This document shows, piece by piece, positions 12,916 through 28,614 of a DNA stretch of 64,000 nucleotides. Source of the DNA: Eledone cirrhosa (lineage: Eukaryota); contig OZ024740.1 in assembly GCA_964016885.1 (NCBI GenBank), forward strand, positions 205,840,001 through 205,904,000, in the 5' to 3' direction. The translations under genes and the position numbers were made by a program. The notes under the pieces were generated by a model. That model saw nothing but the letters and a program-made list of their open reading frames with translations. It made no database searches and had not been told where the DNA came from. How positions within the stretch are numbered: the stretch's first letter is position 1; each line of letters begins with the position of its first letter.

Positions 12916-15900
12916 TCTCATCTTTTCATTTGTCTAAGTTCTATTTCAGAAATATTTTTTTTAAAGAAATCCTGATTAAGCTATGCTCCAGCATGGTTGG
13001 CACCACAATAATTTAAATGAAAATAATTAAAGCTTTGTACAATATTTTTGTTTTACATTTTTTTTTTATGTTTATGTTTTGTCGTTGCTTTCGTTATATT
13101 AGAAACAGATAACTTGTTTCCTTATGTAGAACAGAGTGGAATGGAGATCCATTAGTTTTTATGATGAATGTCTCTGCTTGTTTAAATCAACATATAAGTG
13201 GCTTAGTATTTCACTGGCACATGTACTCTTAACGTAATTCTTAGGAAGATTCAACATGACAAAGTGTTTGACAAAGCAATCCCTTTGAAATGCAGCTAGT
13301 CAGTCCAGTTGGCTTCCAAACAGTTTCGCTCAATACAATTTTACTTACAAGTCTTGGATGAATCTAAGACTATGGTGAAGAGATGCCAAGATGCTATACA
13401 TAGTTTCTATAGGTGGAAGCTCTTCCTAATGCCAACCACTTTATAGAGTGTACTAGGTACACTTTATTGTGATACCAACATTTGGAGGTTGTTTTGTTCT
13501 TGATGCAACTAAAGAGTTGCATAGTTTCTATGCCTTGATGCCCCTCCTAATGGCAATCCCTTTATAAAGTGTACTGGGTACATTTTATCATGGCACCAAT
13601 ACAAGAGAGGTTTTTATGTCCTTGACATGACTGAAGGGATTAGCTGTTGTTACTAATTGAATGATACTCCCTTCATGAAGTACATTTTGTAGTGGCACTA
13701 ACACTAGGTAGGTTGTCATAGCTTGACATGACTGAAGTGTTCTCTAAATACTTTTTTGGCATGGTTTATTTATTATGTTTATTAACAGTCCCATTGTTGT
13801 TCCAACTATTGTTGTTAGTATGTGTTGATACTGAATATCCTGTAGATCTACTGAAACAGATCTATGGAGTAAATGTAACACATTGAAAAAAAAACATTCA
13901 ATTAGCATCTGTACATATAACCTATAAATAAAGTGCCAGGCTAGTGCTGGTGTAAACCTCTTTCCTAGCTATTACATCCTGGATGTTCTACTGATCAATT
14001 GAGTGGGGTCAAGAGGGTATCTGTGTCTGCCTGTGCCAGCATAGGCACCTAAAGCCCTTAGCAAAAGCATGGTACATACTACTGACTCATAGCAAATGTA
14101 GCCATAGGTATTTTTCAATTTATGCTATCAGCATTCTATCTTTATTGTGAAGAAATCTGTCCTAACATTTTTTCCAAGTTCAAAAACATTTGATTCCTAT
14201 TTTAAAGACAATATGTAGTCAATTGAAGGAGAAGAGGCAGCCATATTGAATAACTGTGTATAAAACTGTTACACTGGCTTATGCTTTCTTAATGTTAATT
14301 CTTTCGGGAAAATTTCAATTAAGATAAGTAATTAGATGTTTTGTACAATAGAAATTAAACAATTAGCTTTGCTCCACAGTGAAGTAGTTTATTAGTAGTT
14401 TTTAGTAGTTTTTAGTTTTTTTCTTCTTCAATGTTGTCTCTGATAAAATGATGATAACATTACCAAATAATTCCTGGTTTTAGTCAATACAGAGTTCGAA
14501 TGGTTATTGTTTCCCATTTCCATTTTTATCAAATTCAGAGATAAAAAAATATTTATGTTAAGAACCATGATTTTTCAACCCTTTCATACCAGATTTCTAA
14601 TAAAATACATTGCTTGTGTTTCAATTAATCTTTTTAATAATCAAGAATTTTAAGAAGTTTAGTAATATAAATTAACCTTGTTGTTATTAAGCTGGTACTG
14701 GAAAATAACTTAACAAAGGTTTACTATGATAACAAGCATAGATTTAAATATAAACCTTTAAAATAGGCAGTTTGATATCAAAAGGGTAAAATGAACATAT
14801 TTCTTATTCTGTTAACCAATCCCCCAGAAACAGCTTCTGGTACCTTCCAACTTATGTTTATATACAAGCTTTTAAGTCATGTTCTAAACACCAACTTAAT
14901 AATAAACAAATTGATTGATTTTTATTGATTTACAAAAGAAACAAATTAATATATATTAATCAGATGAAAAAAAAATGAAAAATCAAGAAATATGCACACA
15001 CAAGCTACAACAGGGAATGGTGGTGTTTCTCTCTAAAAATGTTTTAGGCAAGCCAAGTCACTTTAAGACACTAAAATATAAATATTGACAAAGTTGGCTT
15101 AAAAGCCATTGATGATTACATAAATATGAAAAAGAAAGATAACAAAATTATGTAATAAGGAAATGGGCAAGGTGTAAAGAAGGGCAGATCTGGTTGAATG
15201 GGAAAGTAGAGAAAAGCCATAAATGAGAGGAAAAGGAGAGGAAAAGCAAGGGCTATAGGACCACAAAAGAAAGGGAGGTGAAAGGGAGAGGGTGATGAGC
15301 CTTGGAAGTGGAAGTGTTGGAGTTGTGCCTCTTATACTTAAATACCAGCTTAATGTGGAAGTTATATTACTAGCTTATTCTTAATTCTTGATTATTTGAT
15401 TAGAAATATAATACAAGGATGAAAGCATTATCTTTCTATTATATTTCTATGTAAGAACATTTGTTATGTTGGTAATGTAAAAGTTCTTTTGTTCTGCAAA
15501 CATCAGTTGAAGATAACATAATAATGATAAAAATTATATATTGACATAGATCCTTCTATCTTTTTTCCCTTGAAACATATATTCTGCTCCAAACGTCATC
15601 TTAGTAATGAGAAAATTAGTTATATTAATACCCACAAATTCTTGATTATTCTAGAAATTATTTAAAAACCATTACAAATATGGTAACATAAGGGTTAAGT
15701 TATGTTCCAAACACCAGCTTAATGTTGAGAAAATTAATTATTTCTTGGTTATTACCATATTTCATTAGAAATATGGTAATAAAAGTATTAAGTAATTTAA
15801 TGAAATATTAAAAACCCACAATCTTTTTTACTCTGTTTATATTACTTATTTTTTAATATTATTTTATCATTTTTGTTTGTTTGTTTACTTAACAGGTTCT

Positions 15901-16261
15901 GATGGGTGCGGTAAATATTTACCTGTGCAGAGGTATCCGAAAGGGAGTAAGAAAGTAAATCATGGTTTAGAAACTCTGTTGTGAAGCTTCTGATCTGCTT
16001 AATGGTTTGGCAATAAGACAATAGGCAAGGAAGAGAGAGTATTTGACACCTGGCAGCAGAGGCCCATAATATGAGAAACCAATGATGAAAGGAATCCATC
16101 TTGAAGAAGTGCTTAACAGCAGCACCTAAGCCAGCAAAGTGTGAATGTAAATGGTGTTACAGTTATCAAAATGCCAAAATATTGTAACCTATAGGAGACA
16201 GGAAAAAAATGCTATGAAAGAAATGGTGGAGAAGATTTATGTCTACATCTTGATATATATG

Positions 16262-16305
<44 letters not shown>

Positions 16306-16312
16306 ATATATG

Positions 16313-16383
<71 letters not shown>

Positions 16384-16391
16384 TATGTATG

Positions 16392-16424
<33 letters not shown>

Positions 16425-16448
16425 TATATATATAAAATATATATATAT

Positions 16449-16487
<39 letters not shown>

Positions 16488-16622
16488 AATACAAATATTA
16501 ATAAAATAGATGTTCTTTTTATCAATTACATTTTATATATATATATATATGAATCGAACATTATTATTAATGTTTGATATAACCCATACGTACATATGTA
16601 TATGTATATATGTGTGTGCATG

Positions 16623-16656
<34 letters not shown>

Positions 16657-17820
16657 CATATGTATGTGTATACATATATATATATGTATTTATGTGTGTG
16701 TGTGTGTGCATATGTATGTGTGTATATATATATATATATATATGATTTACATCAATATTACACCATCTGACTGTCTGGCAATAATTCATTCAATATTGAG
16801 ACATAAATCTTTATACATATGCAAACTAACTTTTGTTAAATTATGTTTTTTCATACATATGTCTAAATGTAAAGGTAAAATTTGTTAGCAAATCTTCTTT
16901 GAGAATATATATATATCATGATATATATATGTAGATACATACTTACAGATTCATATATACTCATATATATACAATGGGTATATGTGGTATTAACAAATGC
17001 CTCTAGAAACTCATTCATCAGTCCAACGTTTATATACTTCTAACTGGACTTAATCTATGTGCCTCAATTTATTTTTCTACATGTATATGTCTTTTGCATG
17101 TTATTGGAACTTAAGCGATATGCTACAGCACTATGTTGTTTAATACATATATTGATATATATATCAAGATATCTCAGTTGATTTGTGTCTTAACTTGTTT
17201 ATATCAATATATATATATATATATATATATACATACAGATACATATATATATACATATTTATGTGTATGTGCGTGTGTATATATATATATATATATGTGT
17301 GTGTTTGTGTATTTGTGAGTGTGTGTAAAATGTAGTCCCCACATAAATGATTATAATGTTGATGACTAGAAATATTAGTTGAGAAATATAGGTAAAGTAC
17401 CCCTGGAGATGGAAAAAAGTGGATAAAGATACCTGAAAGGAAACAAATGCTGGTGTCTCTGACCCCTTTTTTCCCATACTCATATTTATAGTGATCAACT
17501 ATGATTATAGTCATTTATGTTGGGGAAACTACATTTCAAATTTTCTCAAAGTTTCTTAAGTCAACCAGACATTCACACACATTTATGTCAGCTAATAGTT
17601 TGACCATTTTAAAAATATTATTCTATCTTGTAGGTGTTGAAAGATTTGTTTGTTATTTTTTGTTTTTCCATAACCTTTATCTTTCTGGTCATCTTCCAAA
17701 ATATAACAAAATAGAAATGGTTCCCAATTTTCAGATTATCATTATAATAAACTTCAAACTTTTCACCTATTTACTATTTTCGAAATCAAGCTGTGATTTA
17801 TATGTAACAAGATTTAACTC

Positions 17821-18036
17821 TTAACCCTTTAGTATTTACATTACTCTATATTTACTATTATATTTTCACGGTAAAGGCTTTATCTCACATAATATTGAAT
17901 CTATGAGATTTTGATATTATTTATTTTGAGAACAATACCTTAACATCAGTATGGGCGGCCAGTTATGGCTGGTTTGAACAGAAAGAGGTGAGAGAATTCT
18001 GGCCGGATACTGTAGGTTTAAATGATAAAGGGTTAG
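17821..18036. mobile_element. piggyBac-type MITE, copy 3
   Basis: TTAA-CCCTTTAG ... AAAGGG-TTAG; same internal sequence. Confidence 0.8.
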
Positions 18037-18044
18037 TTATTTTG

Positions 18045-18240
18045 AACTACATGAAATTACATGAACAAAACATTCTTGAAAAGTACAAAACATCACATTA
18101 CAAATTAAAGTCTTTACTTTAGTTTACTGCAAATTTTTACAACATTCTGTCCACTAGTAAACATACTACAAACATTTGAATTAACAAATCTGTTTTTAGA
18201 TATATTTTCTGCTAAATCATTACAGGATGTTAAGAGTTAA
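18045..18240. mobile_element. Second MITE-like dispersed repeat; copy at ~24656-24865
   Basis: ~190-bp homology; termini TTAACTCTTAAC / GTTAAGAGTTAA. Confidence 0.55.
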
Positions 18241-19099
18241 AGGGTGTCTGCTCTTTTACTACTACTAGGACCAGGGGTTAAAATTTGGAGGTAGTGTTTG
18301 TAAAACATGATTCAACTCATCTATCTCAGAAATTTAACCAAGTTCAATTTTGCAGTTTTATTGACTAACTTGAATAAAATTATCAACATTCATTAATGCA
18401 TCTGCTTCAGTTGTTGTTGTTGGTCTTCTTTTCCTTCGCCCAATTATTCCTGGGAGGGTCATGGAGGCAGAGTCCTCAAACACTTCTTTCTGCATGTCCT
18501 GTTAGAAGCAAGCACCTGTTTGAAAAATATATTGCAATCTTCATTTCATTCTTCAAAAATTGGCGATGGGCCTGTGATCTGTCCTGGGAGTTATAGAATG
18601 GACGCACAAAGATTGTGTATCTTGAGACCCCAAAGAGGGTCCGGAAGGTGGTAGTTATGGTGTTAGTGGTGTCAAAGTTTCCCTTGTGCCCAAAGGCTCA
18701 TTAGCCCAGAACTTATCCTGGTTTCATTGGCAATAAACAACTATAAATTTGTCACAAGGTTAACTCCTTCAGCTGCTGTCAGTACTCTGTTTTTTTTATT
18801 TCAGCTGAGTTGACTGAAGCAATGTGAAATGAAGTGTTTTGCTCCAATACTCAACGTGGTCTGAGAATCGAACTCAGGACCATATGAAAGGGAGTTCAAC
18901 ATGCTAATGATGAGGCCATGGACCCTCATGTGTTGGTTACTGTAGAGAAATCTGTTGTCCTTGGTCCCTGAACAGCCATTTTCCTCTGCACAATGTTGAG
19001 GAGTACATCCTGCCTGCAAAAGTAGCCCTATGAACTGGTGTGGCTGATGCAGCAGGTGTCACTAGCTATTCTCTAAGGCATTGCCTTCACCATTTTAAC

Positions 19100-21170
19100 T
19101 GTGAAGAACAGCTGAAATATATGACATGCTGGTGGTGAAGATGCACCTCAAAATAAAATCAAGGCCATTACACCTAATAAACAAACCAAAGAAGTTTAAC
19201 AAAGAGAAATTGCAGCTGAATGCTGCTGCTGCTACTACTGAATAGTATGAAGCTATCTTAATGAACATGAGAGACAACTCAGTAGTAACCACCTCGGTTG
19301 ATAATGTGATAATGAAGGGAACAACATCAAATCCATTATTGGAAAGGCTGCTACTGAAACTCTGGAGTTTAGAACCAAGAAACATCAAGAATGGTTCTGT
19401 GAGAATAATGTTATAATTACTGATGCCATTGAGACCAAAAAACAAGTTCGGAGTACTCCTAGCAACTGATAACACCACAGTAATAACTAACCCTCTGGAA
19501 ATTCTAGAGCATTGGAGGGAACACTTTGCAAGCTTACTAAATAAGACATCAAAAACTGCTGTTGACTACCTGAGAAATGTTCCACATCAGGAACAGCACT
19601 GGATGTCCTTACTACCAGCCCAGAAGGAATTCCAGGTAGCTGCTAGGCATATAACACCAAACAAACCCCCAAGACCCAACAACTTTCTCCTGGAATTGTT
19701 TATGTGGGGAAACATTTTCAAAGAAGATTATATATACTTATTTTGCATATTTGAGAACAGAAACAACTGCCTAGTGATTGGAAGGATGCTGATATAATCA
19801 CAATCTTCAAAAAAAAAACAAAAAAAAAAAAACAGATAAGAGATTATGCGGCAACTACAAAAGAATCTCTCCTCTCCATAGCAGGAAAGGTTTTAGCAAG
19901 AATAATCTTAAGATGCTTGCAGAGTACATACTGCCAGAGTCTCAATGTGGATTCCACTCCAACAGAGGGACTATAGACATGATCTTCTGTGCAAGACAGA
20001 CACAGGAAAGAGCAAAGAACAACAAAAACCCCTTTATATCATTTTATGATCTTGAAAAGGCATCCCTAGACAGTGGCATCCCTAGACAGTGTGTCTAGGG
20101 ATGCCATGTGGAAGATACTGGAAAGGTTTGGATGTCTGCCAACAAAGGTCTCCATTATCAGATCATTCCATGAATATATGGTGGGCAGGGTGGTGCACAA
20201 CAACCAAACCACCAAAACCTCGATCATGTGTGGCTTAAAACAGAGCTGTGTCTTGGCACCTAACCTTTTCTCCATCTATTTAGCAGCCCTGTAATAGATC
20301 TGCACTACTGATTTGATGGGAGTGTCTTCAATACTACCCACTTTCAATCAAGAGGGAACACCACAGTCTTCAAAGTGACTGACCTTCAGTTTGCCAATGG
20401 TCAGCAGTGCAGAAGATATTGAAAGATCTGTGAGGAATTATACCAATGCATACCAACAGTTTGGCCTCACAGTAAATGTGGATAAAACTAAAATCCTGAC
20501 CTAACAACCCCCAGGATCAAATGGACCTGAAACCAACATCAAAATCTGAGGGTGGAGGTAGAGAATGTGTTTCAATTTCCCTACCTCGAAGCAGTCCTAG
20601 CCAAGGATGAAATATCAAGCATAGACATTGAATGTAAGATTCAGGCAGCAAGGGCTGCATTTGGGTGACTTAACAAGAGAGTCATCTATAATAGAGATTT
20701 GAAAAGGGAAATAAAGCTCATGATGTATAAAGCAGTGCTACTTCCCACACTTGTGTGTGGCTGTGAGACATGGACATTGTACAGGAAAGATATAAAGAAA
20801 CTGGAGGCATTTCATCAGAGGAAACTCTGGGCCATCATGAACATCAAGTGGCAGAATAAAGTGAGCAATGGCATGGGTTCAATGCTTGTGATGAGCAGGA
20901 AATGTTACACACATGAATGAATGGAGACTACCCAAGAAAGTTTTCTACAGTGAATTGACTAAAGGCAAACGCGATCTTGGTGCACCAAAGACCAACTTAA
21001 GCGAATTCTCAAAAGCTGCAAGTTGGACCACAGCAACTAAGAATCTGATGCACAAGACAGGCAGCTTTGGAAGAAGGTGAAAATGGGCACAGCATACTTT
21101 GAGTTGATGAGGAGAGATTTCCTTGAGGTGAAGAAACAGGACAGACTGGACAAAGCCTTGCAGCCCCACC
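19100..21170 (+). mobile_element. Old, heavily disrupted RTE/BovB-like LINE
   Basis: LPESQCGF..NRGTIDMIFCARQ.QE, FYDLEKA, GLKQSCVLAPNLF, YKAVLLPTL..GCETWTLY. Confidence 0.9.
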
Positions 21171-23862
21171 CCTCCACCACATATTCAGTGCCCACACCGA
21201 CTCTTTCAATTTTTTAGTCAAATATTCCTCAGCTTATATTCGAGTATATACAGTAATTATTTCTTGATAAAGATGGTATTTGTAACATAGAAAAAGGTTC
21301 TTTATCAAATTATGTTAGGTTTTAATCTAAGGAATCCTTTAACATGGGTGGTTTTTATTTCATATAACCACAAGTGATCTTCGGTTAGGATGGTATCAAA
21401 AGGGTTAAAGATAAAACAGCAGTCAGGTAGATAAATAAATAAATAATCTTAAGAAAACCTAAGAAATTTTAGTCTCACAAATAAAATAGTGGCTTGTGGT
21501 CTAATGATTAGAGTGTTTGGCTCATAACCAAGAGGTTGTAGGTCCAATTCCTGGATCAGGCAATGCATTGTGTTCATGAGCAAGGCACTTCATTTCCTAT
21601 TGCTCCAGTCCATTTCGCTGAAAAAAAAGTAGTAGCAGTATCACCTGGGAGCTGGTGTGGGGAGTTATCCCTGTGATGGACTAGTGTCCTATCCAGGGGA
21701 GAGTCTTGAACTCTCGGGTGCTTAATGCTAATGAAACCAAGACCAATCCCCAGTATGATAGACCTCTGGGAATGAGGCAGGCATTAACTTCAAGAGATGA
21801 AATAATATGATATTAAGAAGACTGGTAATATGCCATATTGTATGTAACCCCATACAAACCAGATGTTCAGATGAAGATGGAATTATATTGGATGTTAGGA
21901 TCAGCATCATCATTTAATGCATGTTTTCCCTGCTAGCAAGGTACAAATGGGTCATCATAGACCAAGTCAGTACTTAATTGGAGTCACTGACCTCTCAAGC
22001 TGGCTAGGATGTCAATGATAATGATGATGATTACTTAAATAATAAACCTATCACTTGACTTTCATAACAATTTAAATTAACTAAATCTACTAAACATCAC
22101 ATTTAATACAAAAACAAGCATTTTAAAGCCATCTTCCCTGCTAAATCAGAGCCTTGTAGACCCCATGAAAAGCTTCTCCATTTTGCCTTATCTTTAACCC
22201 CAACCCAACATTTTGGCTTTTATTTCCTTACCCATCCTCTTCAGTCATGTCTTTCTTGATCTTCCTCATCACCCCTTGCACTCACTTTCACCCTTCCTCA
22301 ACAAATGTCCAAGCTATCTCGTCTCATTCTATTTCTCTTCACATTCCTTACTGGCTCTATTTTCATCACTCCTCTCACCCAGTCATTTCAAAATTCAACA
22401 AATGACCCAAACATCTCATTCCATTTCTCTTCACATTCCTTACTGGCTTTATTTTCATCACTCCTCTCACCCAGTCATTTCAAACCTTCAACAAATGACT
22501 CAAACATCTCATTCCATTTCTCTTCACAACATGCCTTCTCTATTCTGTCTGCCGGAGCTGTGAAGTGGCCAGCGTGTGGGACCCCATTTGCTCATAATAG
22601 TAAGAAATGGGGAGGACGAGAGAGACGGAGGCGATGACAGTGGGAGTTTGGTTCTTCTGTGTTCGGACTTGGTGTACATGTGTAATTTTACACTATCGAC
22701 CCTTTCACTTCTAATGATATATGTTAGGTATTGTACTGCTACTATTACATTCCTCACCATTTCTCTTCACAACATTCATTATTGGTTCTACTCCCACCAT
22801 CCTCTGCAATTCATTGTCTTCCCCTCTCTCAGAGTGGTACTTCACCAAATCATTCACATTTCTCTTCTTTCCATCCTTCTCTGTTGCTCCACATTCAACA
22901 GTCATGTCTTTCCAGCCTTCTCTGTTGCTCCACATTCAACAGTCGTCTTTCCATCCTTCTCTGTTGCTCCACATTCAACAGTCGTCTTTCCAGCCTTCTA
23001 TGCTGCTCCATGTCCATCACCCATCTGAACAACACACATATTTGTGTCAGTGAGATTTAGTAGAAATATTAGAAACACGATTGGAACCAAGAAAATGAAG
23101 AAAAAAAAATGAAATTATATACAAAAATAGTTTACCAATATTTTTATTAAATTGGAGCAAAAGAAAACTTTGTGTTGATTACTCCATTCTTTCATGTGTG
23201 TAAAACCATCGAGTAAACAGTCTTGGCACCAAATGATTCTAGCACCTCCATTTTCCAAAACAAAATGGCATTTCTTTATTCTTGTTTCTGCATAAGAAGC
23301 CATCACAACATCGTGGTTCTTCTCTTCTCTTATCTCGTTACTGTAAGCTACAAGCAGACAACCGGGTTGCCATCAACAAAGGGAGACAATCAGACTAGAA
23401 ATAATCAGATTATATTATTGCACTTGTTGTGTTGTAGATCAGTGATGTTAATGGTTAAGGTGTAGGACAAGACAATAAAGCAGAAATTCATAACAGATTA
23501 CTTCCTCAAATTATTTCCTATTGACTGTTTCACAAACGGATTCTCCTGAGCTGTTGCCACATAAAACGCTAGCCATTAATTATTTTAGTATTAATGTCAA
23601 ATTACATATTACAGTACACTAAAAATACAAGTGCAAACCTAGTAGAGTAAGCTGGTGTGTTAATGGCTGAATTTGATATTACATTGTAATGCAGCATTCT
23701 GTAAGGGAGTGACTATAGGGAGGTGTAGCTAATTACCAACCAATCATCCAAAACTGAGCATGCCAGAGAGCTCAGGTAAGATCCTGAAGGAAGATGTTTT
23801 TTTTTTCATTGTTTCTTTGTTTTTTGTTGTTCTTTTTCCTTTGTTTTTGTTTATTTTTTTCC

Positions 23863-24132
23863 TCAGCAATATCGAACTCCTAATAGTTGTCGTCCAAAAC
23901 TATTCTGGTTGGAAGTGTCAGTAGCTTGATACTTGCCCCAAGCTCCAAATGGAATGATGAGAGCAGTTGTGTTATCTTCAGAACCAAACTGCATGGCTTG
24001 GTCTGTCACCAAATGAGCAGCTTCTTTAGGAATGTCACACTTACTGACTGCATCCACAATTTCCTGGTCTGCAAGCACAAATGTGAGCCCATCTGATGCC
24101 AGTACCAAGAAAGCATCTTTTGAATGTTTTAC
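23863..24132 (-). CDS. PPM1K: PPM1K last coding exon (VKHSKDAFLVLASDG...FGSEDNTT..IPFGAWGKY...stop)
   Basis: Acceptor ttttttag at 24134-24133; phase 0; PP2C motifs LASDG and DN; PPM1K-typical PFGAWGKY. Confidence 0.95.
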   Translation of the reverse strand, partial: VKHSKDAFLVLASDGLTFVLADQEIVDAVSKCDIPKEAAHLVTDQAMQFGSEDNTTALIIPFGAWGKYQATDTSNQNSFGRQLLGVRYC

Positions 24133-24938
24133 CTAAAAAACATAATATAAACCTTTTGTTAATGCATTTCAAATGACATACAGTGTCTAAGTATTTCAAT
24201 AAATTTTGAAAATAATAAGTGTTTCAAAGGACTTAGTAAAACAGCTGACGTTTTCTGTCATATAGCCCATCAACACTTACTTATTCTTGATAAAATGTTA
24301 TTTATATATAGTGCAAGCTTAGCTAGTATTAATTAGCTATTAGTACCAACCTGTCAAACTTACACAATATGTAAATAAGGCTTCACCAATAAAGAGTTTG
24401 TTTACAAAATCTTAAGAAGATATTTTCTTCCATTCTTCAGCACTCAGGAGAAGATAAGTATGTGCTGACAATGTGTAACAACATTGAAATGCATCTGCCA
24501 CTCCTATCATGTCAGCTGAAGTAACAGCGACATGTTTGCAGCTTAAATACTCACAACAAGACTAAATATATCTTTATTATACATAATCAATGTGTATATT
24601 AGTTTATTTACACATGAATTCCAAATAGTATATTTCATACAGCTATCTCATGCTAATTAACTCTTAACTGCATGAAACCACATTATCAAGACATTCTTAA
24701 AAAGTACAAAACATCACTACGACTGCATTACATTAAAAATTAAGGTCTTTTACTATAATACTGCAAATTTTCACAACGATCTGTCCACTAGTAAAGATAC
24801 TATAAACATTTAAAATTAACAAATCCATTTTTAGACATTTTATGCTAAATCATTACAGGATGTTAATATCAAATAAGAACACATGATTTGGTGAAAATGA
24901 AAATAGTTTTAATTCATTTGAAAGTATTATTAAACAAG

Positions 24939-25160
24939 GGCAGTGGATTGGCAGTATCGGTGTAGCATCAGACACTATGCTTTGCAGCATAGAGTTATGG
25001 CCCTTTGCATTCTGAGTTCAAACCCTGCTGAGGTTAGCTTTGCCTTTCATCCTTATGGGGCCAATAACATAAAGCATCAATAATGCACTGAGATCGATTT
25101 AATCGACTTCCCACTCCTGCCCAAATTGCTGGCCTTGTGCCTATAGAAGAAATCATTATT
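24939..25160 (+). mobile_element. Older full-length tRNA-derived SINE with CpG decay
   Basis: A box TGGCAGTATCGG, B box GAGTTCAAACCC, core GCCTTTCATCC. Confidence 0.8.
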
Positions 25161-26612
25161 AAACAAAATATTTTCTTTTGTTAGATGATATTCACATGCC
25201 TTTTTTACTGGTTAGTGAGGGAGGGAAGGGAGTGCATATGACCATTTTCAGGGCCTCTGAGATTAGTGAGAGAGATGGAGGAAGATATTCTTGGATTGGA
25301 GACCTGGCCTGAATGCTTGCAGCAGGGTGGAGACTCTGCTAAAAGTATTTAAGAGTCAGGTGGTGATGTTAAACCGAGCAGAGTATTAAATCGTGGTATG
25401 ATTTGTTTACAAAGAGCCAAAACCAATACCAGAAGATATCCTATCTGACACTCTAACAACTCCACCAATTCACCATTCTAGTCTGAGCACTTGGTAGAGT
25501 ATTAATCCCAGAAGGATGAAATGTAAAGTTGACCTTAGCATCATTTGAACTCAGAAGCCAAGGAGCTGGACTAAATTCTACAAGCAATAACTTAGTAAGA
25601 ACATTTACAGAACTATACTTTAGTCAATGAAAATAAACAGCTGCATGCAAGTATGAAAAAACAGTCGTAAAAATGATGACCAACACTACACTCTGTCAAA
25701 AACGTTCTCGACTATTTATTTAAAATTCATCATCATTGTTTAATCTCTTCTTTCTTTGCTAGCAAGGATTAGATGGGTTATTAGCAGATCAGGTTGGTAC
25801 TCAGTCTAAAAGAAAGATATGTCAGTTTTAATGCGGAGCATTCAGTTGTTCAATCAACTGAATATTCAATTTGTGTAAGTAACATTACAAATGGGGAAGG
25901 GCAGATGTGGCTTTGTGGGAAAGTAGAGGAAAATAATATAAAAGCCATAAATGAGAGGAAAAGCAAGGACTCTAGGGCCACAGAAGAAAAGGAGAGGAAG
26001 GGGAGAAGGTGATGGACTTTGAGCCTAGGGCATAGCGCTGCTGGGACTACGCAATTATAAATAAAGCTTATATAAATTTTTTAATCTATTTGTGTAAATA
26101 GTTGAGTATTCCATAGATACATATAATTCCCAAGTCAAATCAGTGTGACACAATATATAACAAAGCTGGATCATTGAATTAGTTACAATCCATCTGACCA
26201 ACTTCCACACTAGTTTCTCACACCCAATTTCCCTCACAAGGCTTGTGTAAACCAGAGGCTATGGTAAAGACACCCAAGCTGCCATGTAGTGAGATCAAAC
26301 TCAGGACTTCATGATTGCAAAGCAAGATTCTTAAGCAATGAGTCATGCCTGCATTCAGCAAGATATATGCTTTGCTATGCCAATGCAGACACATATTTAA
26401 TTATAACTAAAGCTGAGAGGATTCTAAGAACACTAGCAACTTAGTTATTTAATAAATAAAGATTGATAAAATAAGTAACAGATTGAACTAAGTACAGTGG
26501 TGATATGCTGGAACAAAACCTTTGAAGGCAATAAAAATAAGCTTGTTTGTGTGCATATATACGTCTGTGTATGTGTGTATATATATATATATATGTATGT
26601 GTGTGTATATCA

Positions 26613-26656
<44 letters not shown>

Positions 26657-28614
26657 GTTTAGCATCCTTCTTCCTTGCTAGCAAGAGTAGGATGGGTTGT
26701 CACAAACAGAGTCAGTACTCTGTCAGAACTACTGACCTCTCAAATTGGCCAGGGACCTACATCTTGCTTACATATGTTCTCACACACTACAGTGGGTTCA
26801 GATGGGCTAGGGACACACATCTCACATATGTACCCTAGCTCTACCAAATCCATTTTATCATGGCACCAACACTGGGGAGGTTATCGTGCTTTTGGCACAG
26901 CTGAAGAGTCTTCCTGATACTGTGTTTGGTGTAGTTTAGTATGGCTGGATACTCTTTGTCTCATCGACTACTTTACAGAGTATACTGGGTGCATTTATCA
27001 TGTCAATTACCAATACAAGTTGTTAATATGTCTTTGACACAACTAAAGATGTTAATGGTCCTTGAGTCAACTGAAGAGCTTTCTTGACCCTACAGCAGTG
27101 ATTGGGTGGGGTGGGGGAGTAGGAATGATGATAAGTATGATGTCATAGGTGTATAACAAGTGTAGTAGGATTTAATAGGGTGATGGGTAGGTGGGGAGGG
27201 GTCACCTTTGATAGTGGCAGGGAGAAGTGGGGGACGACTATGATGATAGCAGTTACTAAGAGGTTATAACAAGTATGTCACGATTTTAGAGGGTGATGAG
27301 TGAAGTGAAGATCCGGGATAGAGTGGAAGAGAAGTGGAGCTGATTGTAGATGGAATAGTGGTATGGGCTGAGAATATGCCAGGCCATATTTAATGCTGGT
27401 AGGTGAATCTTCTCCAGTACATGTCATCAATTCTCATGGTCCTTTGTCATCTCTGCCATGAGGTTCATTTTTCTAAGGTTAATGGGTGTGTGTGCTCTTT
27501 CATATTTAGGGGCGGCGTTGCTGGTTTCAATCATTGGATCACAACCATGCAAGGATTTATTGACCCTGTTACTATGTATGGTGCTAATTCTATCAATCTC
27601 CATTTCTTGAATGACTAAAGCCATCTAAGGGAGATAACTACACAGGCTAAACACCACAGGATATTTTTGTTCCATGCAACAATTTAAAAGGACTGTTGTG
27701 TCAATGACATGACAACCTCCTTTGTACTGATGCCACGATAAAATGTACCCAGAGCACTCTGTAAAGTGTAGGAATTTATGTAAGGAAAATCCCCTCCTCG
27801 CCACTTATTTGAGAAATCAGTAGCAACGACCTGCCCAACACTTACTAATAGAGAGAAGAGACATTAAATAATGGTGATGACGGCTGTATAAAATATATTA
27901 TAAAAATTTCGAAGCCATAATTACTATCTGTTTTGAAAACGTCTCAGAGCTAAAAGTATTCTTTTGAAACTGAAATTAACCCTAGGCCCAGAGCCCATCA
28001 CCCTCTCTCCTTCCCCTTCCTTTTCTTTTGTGGCCCTAGAGTCCTTCATTTTCCCCTCCTTTTCCTCTCATTTATGGCTTTTATAGTCCTTTCCTCTACT
28101 TTCTCATACAGTTAATGATAAATCTTAATTTTAAAAAAATAAAGTGAGCTAAGAGAAATAACTCAGTTCAATGGCATGAATTTGGATAAATTGAGAGTTG
28201 TACTGAATTGCACAAAAATTTTAATTAATTAATAAATGCTATATTAATTAGTGAAAAGAAACAAAATCCTGGTCATAATTGTAAGAGGCTACAAATAAAA
28301 GGGGAGATCTTCTTCTTCGTCCACTTATTGGTTAGTTTTTCCCATAAAATTTGTCCAGTGATTTTTTTCCTGAGACATTCTAACATGCCCATAGTATCGG
28401 AGCTGTGATCTCTTAATTTGCTTATGTAGCAGCTCAAGGTGGAATGACTCTCTGATCTTCGAGATACACACCCTATCAAGTAACATTACTTTAAAGACCC
28501 TCTGGAGGAACCCCAACTACTGATATGCTATTGGACTTCATCAGAATATTGGGTATTATTGACAATGAATTCCTTTGAAGAAAATAAAAAATATCTCATT
28601 TGATTCACCAGATT

